Source: Candidatus Nanopelagicales bacterium
GTDB lineage: Bacteria > Actinomycetota > Actinomycetes > S36-B12
Length of the DNA stretch: 64,000 nucleotides
Assembly: GCA_018609125.1 (NCBI GenBank)
Contig: JABAYF010000023.1
Coordinates: forward strand, 209 to 64,208
Direction of reading: 5' to 3'
The notes under the pieces are model-generated. The model was not told the DNA's origin. It saw nothing but the letters and a program-made list of their open reading frames with translations, and made no database searches. Positions 60,964 to 64,000 of the stretch are shown one piece after another. The number at the start of each line of letters is the position of its first letter. Within the stretch, counting starts at the first letter, position 1. A program made the translations under genes and the position numbers.

Positions 60964-61392
60964 ATGGCGTCACCAGTAGCGTTTGATCAGGTTGTCGTCG
61001 GAGAAGTGTTGCCGGAGAAACGAGTGCGCATCACGCGGCTGGACCTCGTTCGCTATGCCGGGGCCTCGGGTGATTTCAACGTCATCCACTGGAATGAACG
61101 TGTTGCCAAATTAGTTGGCCTTCCCGATGTCATCGCTCACGGCATGTACACCATGGCCCAAGCTGGTCGCGTCGTGACCGACTGGGTGACCGACCCGGCG
61201 GCGCTCGAGGAATTCGGCGTACGTTTCACCCGACCGGTACCTGTTCCTGATGACGACCAAGGTGCAGAGGTGATCTTCACCGGCGTTGTTGCCGAAAAAT
61301 TGGATGGACAGCGAGTGAAGGTCAACATCACTGCTATGTGCGGGGACGCGAGCGTTTTGGGTCGCGCTAACGCGGTCGTCCGACTGAGTTGA
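60964..61392 (+). CDS. MaoC-like (R)-specific hydratase/dehydratase subunit (HadB-like)
   Basis: Hydratase motif GASGDFNVIHW. I take the ATG at 60964, because the ORF-track start at 60919 overlaps the upstream gene. Confidence 0.82.
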   Translation: MASPVAFDQVVVGEVLPEKRVRITRLDLVRYAGASGDFNVIHWNERVAKLVGLPDVIAHGMYTMAQAGRVVTDWVTDPAALEEFGVRFTRPVPVPDDDQGAEVIFTGVVAEKLDGQRVKVNITAMCGDASVLGRANAVVRLS

Positions 61393-61401
61393 ACTAGCGC
61401 C

Positions 61402-62493
61402 ATGCAGTCCTCCATGGCCGACCTGACGACCCTGCACGTTGGTGGTCGAATCGACACGTTGCTTCGTCCGGAATCTCGATCGGAGCTGATCGACGCGGTT
61501 CGTTCGTGCGATCAACGAGGTATTCCTATCGTGATCGTGGGTGGTGGTAGCAATACGGTGGCGGCCGATGAGCCGGTTTCCGGAACAGTCATTCACGTAG
61601 CGAATAAAGGAATTACCGCGAGTTCGGACTCCTGCGGTGGAGCATGGGTCGAGGTGGGCGCAGGGGAATCGTGGGAGAGCCTGGTCCAGCGTGCCATTGC
61701 GGAAGAGTGGGTCGGAATTGAAGCTCTCTCGGGTATTCCTGGCTACGTGGGCGCAACGCCGATGCAAAACGTTGGTGCCTATGGCCAAGAGGTCGCCGAA
61801 GTTATTGCGCGGGTGGAAACCTACGACCGGGTAACCGGTGACGTACGCACTTGGGCAGCGGGTGAATGCGATTTTGGCTACCGATCCTCATTGTTTAAGC
61901 GGTCACAGGTTGAAAGTTTGCCCGCAACTGATCCGCTGATCAGTCAATCGCGGCTGCGTTATGTGGTGCTATCTGTGGCATTTCAATTCACGACCGGCAA
62001 TCTTGGGGCCCCGGTAACCTATGGGCCACTTGCCAAAGCGCTCGGAGTCGCTGTGGGCGAGCGGGTGCCTTCTCGTTCGGTCCGTGAGGCGGTGCTGGAA
62101 CTTCGTCGAAGCAAGGGCATGGTGTTGGACAGCAGCGATCATGACACCTGGAGTGTGGGTTCGTTTTTCGTCAATCCGATTGTCCCAGTTCACCTCCTGA
62201 GCAATCTGCCAGCTGACGCGCCCAGGTGGGAAACCGGTGCCGATGTCGTAAAATTAAGCGCGGCGTGGTTAGTTGAACAGGCTGGATTCACTCCAGGGTT
62301 TTGTCTCACCGGTCGGCCTCAGGCTGCACTGTCCACCAAGCACACGCTGGCTATCACCAATCGGGGTGGTGCCACTGCGGCAGACGTGTTGGCGTTGGCC
62401 CAGGCGATACAAACTGGTGTCTGGCAACAATTTGGCGTGTGGCTAACCCCCGAACCCGCTGTGCTTGGCCGTACGGATCAACTCACTCGCTGA
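61402..62493 (+). CDS. murB: UDP-N-acetylenolpyruvoylglucosamine reductase
   Basis: FAD-binding PCMH-type N-terminus (LHVGG.., VGGGSN), YRSSLFK, and SVGSFFVNP in the C-terminal domain. Confidence 0.92.
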   Translation: MQSSMADLTTLHVGGRIDTLLRPESRSELIDAVRSCDQRGIPIVIVGGGSNTVAADEPVSGTVIHVANKGITASSDSCGGAWVEVGAGESWESLVQRAIAEEWVGIEALSGIPGYVGATPMQNVGAYGQEVAEVIARVETYDRVTGDVRTWAAGECDFGYRSSLFKRSQVESLPATDPLISQSRLRYVVLSVAFQFTTGNLGAPVTYGPLAKALGVAVGERVPSRSVREAVLELRRSKGMVLDSSDHDTWSVGSFFVNPIVPVHLLSNLPADAPRWETGADVVKLSAAWLVEQAGFTPGFCLTGRPQAALSTKHTLAITNRGGATAADVLALAQAIQTGVWQQFGVWLTPEPAVLGRTDQLTR

Positions 62494-63730
62494 GTAAGGC
62501 CGCGATCCGACCAATTCCCTCAATGATGTCGTCGTCGCTGAGTGCATAGCTCAAACGAAGAAAACCCGGCGTACCAAAGGCTTCGCCCGGCACCACAGCG
62601 ACCTCGGCTAGGTCCAAAATGATGTCAGCGAGTTCCGCTGAGGTCGCCGGGGTGCGTCCCTCGATGGTTCGGCCAAGGAGGCCCTGAACCGATGGGTAAA
62701 CGTAAAAAGCACCTTCGGGTTCGGGGCATTCGACCCCAGGAATGGCCCGCAGAAGGTCCACGATCAGCAGCCGGCGACGGTTGAAAGCGGTTTTCATTTC
62801 TGCCACGGCGTGCAGATCGCCAGAGACTGCCGCTAGGGCCGCCATTTGTGAAACGTTTGCCACATTGGAAGTGGCATGAGACTGCAGGTTGGTGGCGGCC
62901 TTGATGACATCAACGGGCCCAATCATCCAACCTACTCGCCAGCCGGTCATGGCATAGGTTTTTGCGACACCGTTGATCACCACGCAGCGGTCAGCGATCG
63001 CGGGGGCTTCGACCGGCATTGAGCTAAAGCGTGCCGAACCATAGACAAGGTGCTCGTAGATCTCATCGGTAATGACCCAAATACCTTCGCGGGCAGCCCA
63101 TTCACCGATTTCGCGCACCTGCTCCGGTGGATAGACCGCACCTGTCGGATTAGATGGAGACACGAAAACTAGCGCCTTGGTCTGGGGTGTGAGGTGGCGC
63201 TGCAGGTCAGCAATCGTGGCTCGATAGCCGCTATCAACCGAGGTCGGCACCACCACCGGGGTGCCACCGGCTAACCGGATCGATTCAGGGTAGGTGGTCC
63301 AGTACGGAGCAGGGAGCAACACTTCGTCACCTGGATCTAGCAGCGCGGCAAAGGTGTTGTAGAGGGCCTGCTTGCCACCGTTGGTCACCAGGACTTGGTT
63401 CGGCTGAACAATAAGACCGCTGTCTCGGGCAGTCTTGGCCGCGATGGCTTCGCGCAGGGCCGGGAGCCCAGCTGCGGGGGTATACCGATGCCAGCGTGGA
63501 TCGGTGCAGGCAGCCACGGCGGCGGCCACGATGTAGTCCGGAGTCGCAAAATCGGGCTCACCTGCACCGAAACCGATCACGGGCCGCCCGGCGGCCTTGA
63601 GCGCTTTGGCTTTGGCATCCACCGCCAGGGTCGCCGACTCGGTGATTGAGGACAGCCGCTGGGAGATGCGCGGGCGGATGGAGTTGGTGGTGGTTACTTC
63701 GCTAGCAGACATAGGACCATCTTGTCGCAC
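62483..63730 (-). CDS. Pyridoxal-phosphate-dependent aminotransferase, class I (aspartate aminotransferase-like)
   Basis: [26 protein letters not shown] (PLP Lys) and RLSYA motifs. The start is either the GTG at 63730 or the ATG at 63712. Confidence 0.9.
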   Translation of the reverse strand: MRQDGPMSASEVTTTNSIRPRISQRLSSITESATLAVDAKAKALKAAGRPVIGFGAGEPDFATPDYIVAAAVAACTDPRWHRYTPAAGLPALREAIAAKTARDSGLIVQPNQVLVTNGGKQALYNTFAALLDPGDEVLLPAPYWTTYPESIRLAGGTPVVVPTSVDSGYRATIADLQRHLTPQTKALVFVSPSNPTGAVYPPEQVREIGEWAAREGIWVITDEIYEHLVYGSARFSSMPVEAPAIADRCVVINGVAKTYAMTGWRVGWMIGPVDVIKAATNLQSHATSNVANVSQMAALAAVSGDLHAVAEMKTAFNRRRLLIVDLLRAIPGVECPEPEGAFYVYPSVQGLLGRTIEGRTPATSAELADIILDLAEVAVVPGEAFGTPGFLRLSYALSDDDIIEGIGRIAALLSE

Positions 63731-63893
63731 CCGCGATCGCAGGTGTGCAGCCCCGGCCGGTTAAAAACTGGGGTCCCATCGGGTTCACCGACGCACCACC
63801 CGTAGACTCCCTCCACCGGTGGTTGTCCACCCGATTTCGTGCGCCCGCCACTTACCTCAGCGGCAGGTATCACGTGATCGCAACGACCACCAC

Positions 63894-63966
63894 AGGGCCG
63901 TAGCTCAATTGGTAGAGTCCCGGTCTCCAAAACCGGTGGTTGGGGGTTCGAGTCCCTCCGGCCCTG
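63894..63966 (+). tRNA. tRNA-Trp (anticodon CCA)
   Basis: AGGGCCG/CGGCCCT acceptor stem, TAGCTCAATTGGTAGAG D-arm, CTCCAAA anticodon loop, GGTTCGAGTCC T-loop. 73 nt. Confidence 0.92.
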
Positions 63967-64000
63967 CTCCATCTGCACAGACCTGAAGAGAAAGGCACTT

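Noticed and set aside
63694-63978. 94-aa minus-strand ORF. Similar ORFs lie at 58767-58982, 58847-59155 and 60012-60218.
   Set aside because: They run through tRNA genes (Trp, Tyr, Thr/Met) and are artefacts of the ORF scan.
1-64000. Window-wide look for CRISPR arrays, transposases or IS ends, toxin-antitoxin pairs, restriction-modification or other defence-type gene sets.
   Set aside because: None found. Coding density is very high, and every ORF of credible length has a housekeeping or conserved-hypothetical assignment.

Overview
This window is a densely packed, high-GC actinobacterial chromosomal core region with almost no unexplained sequence. Genes are linked by many ATGA/GTGA start-stop overlaps. 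From left to right it holds: a Tad/Flp pilus locus (tadA-tadB-tadC, a small pilin-like ORF and three TadE/TadG-like pseudopilins); prfB; mutY; radA; ppx; a P-type ATPase; proC; an HDAC-family enzyme; a conserved HTH gene; the 32-aa ribosomal protein bS22; lipid-related enzymes; a fused cobA/hemD; the System II cytochrome c maturation genes (tlpA-ccdA-resB-ccsB); a nearly complete menaquinone cluster (menA, E, B, C, D, F, G); the full 14-gene nuoA-N operon followed by a polyprenyl synthase; an acyl-CoA dehydrogenase; rarD; yajQ; four tRNAs (Tyr, Thr, Met, Trp); rpmG; a hadA/hadB-like dehydratase pair; murB; and an aminotransferase. Gene order resembles, from my memory, several conserved mycobacterial blocks. 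I found no mobile elements, CRISPR arrays or obvious defence islands. The least ordinary features are: (i) an orphan, diverged second-copy nuoB-nuoC-nuoI tricistron; (ii) next to it, a korA/korB (2-oxoacid:ferredoxin oxidoreductase) double-deletion scar; (iii) a 566-aa TetR-HTH/ACT-like/GNAT fusion gene inside the men cluster; (iv) a 141-nt codon-aligned convergent CDS overlap; (v) a perfect 9-bp hairpin in the nuoK-nuoL gap. None is proven novel from sequence alone, and most of the window is ordinary housekeeping.
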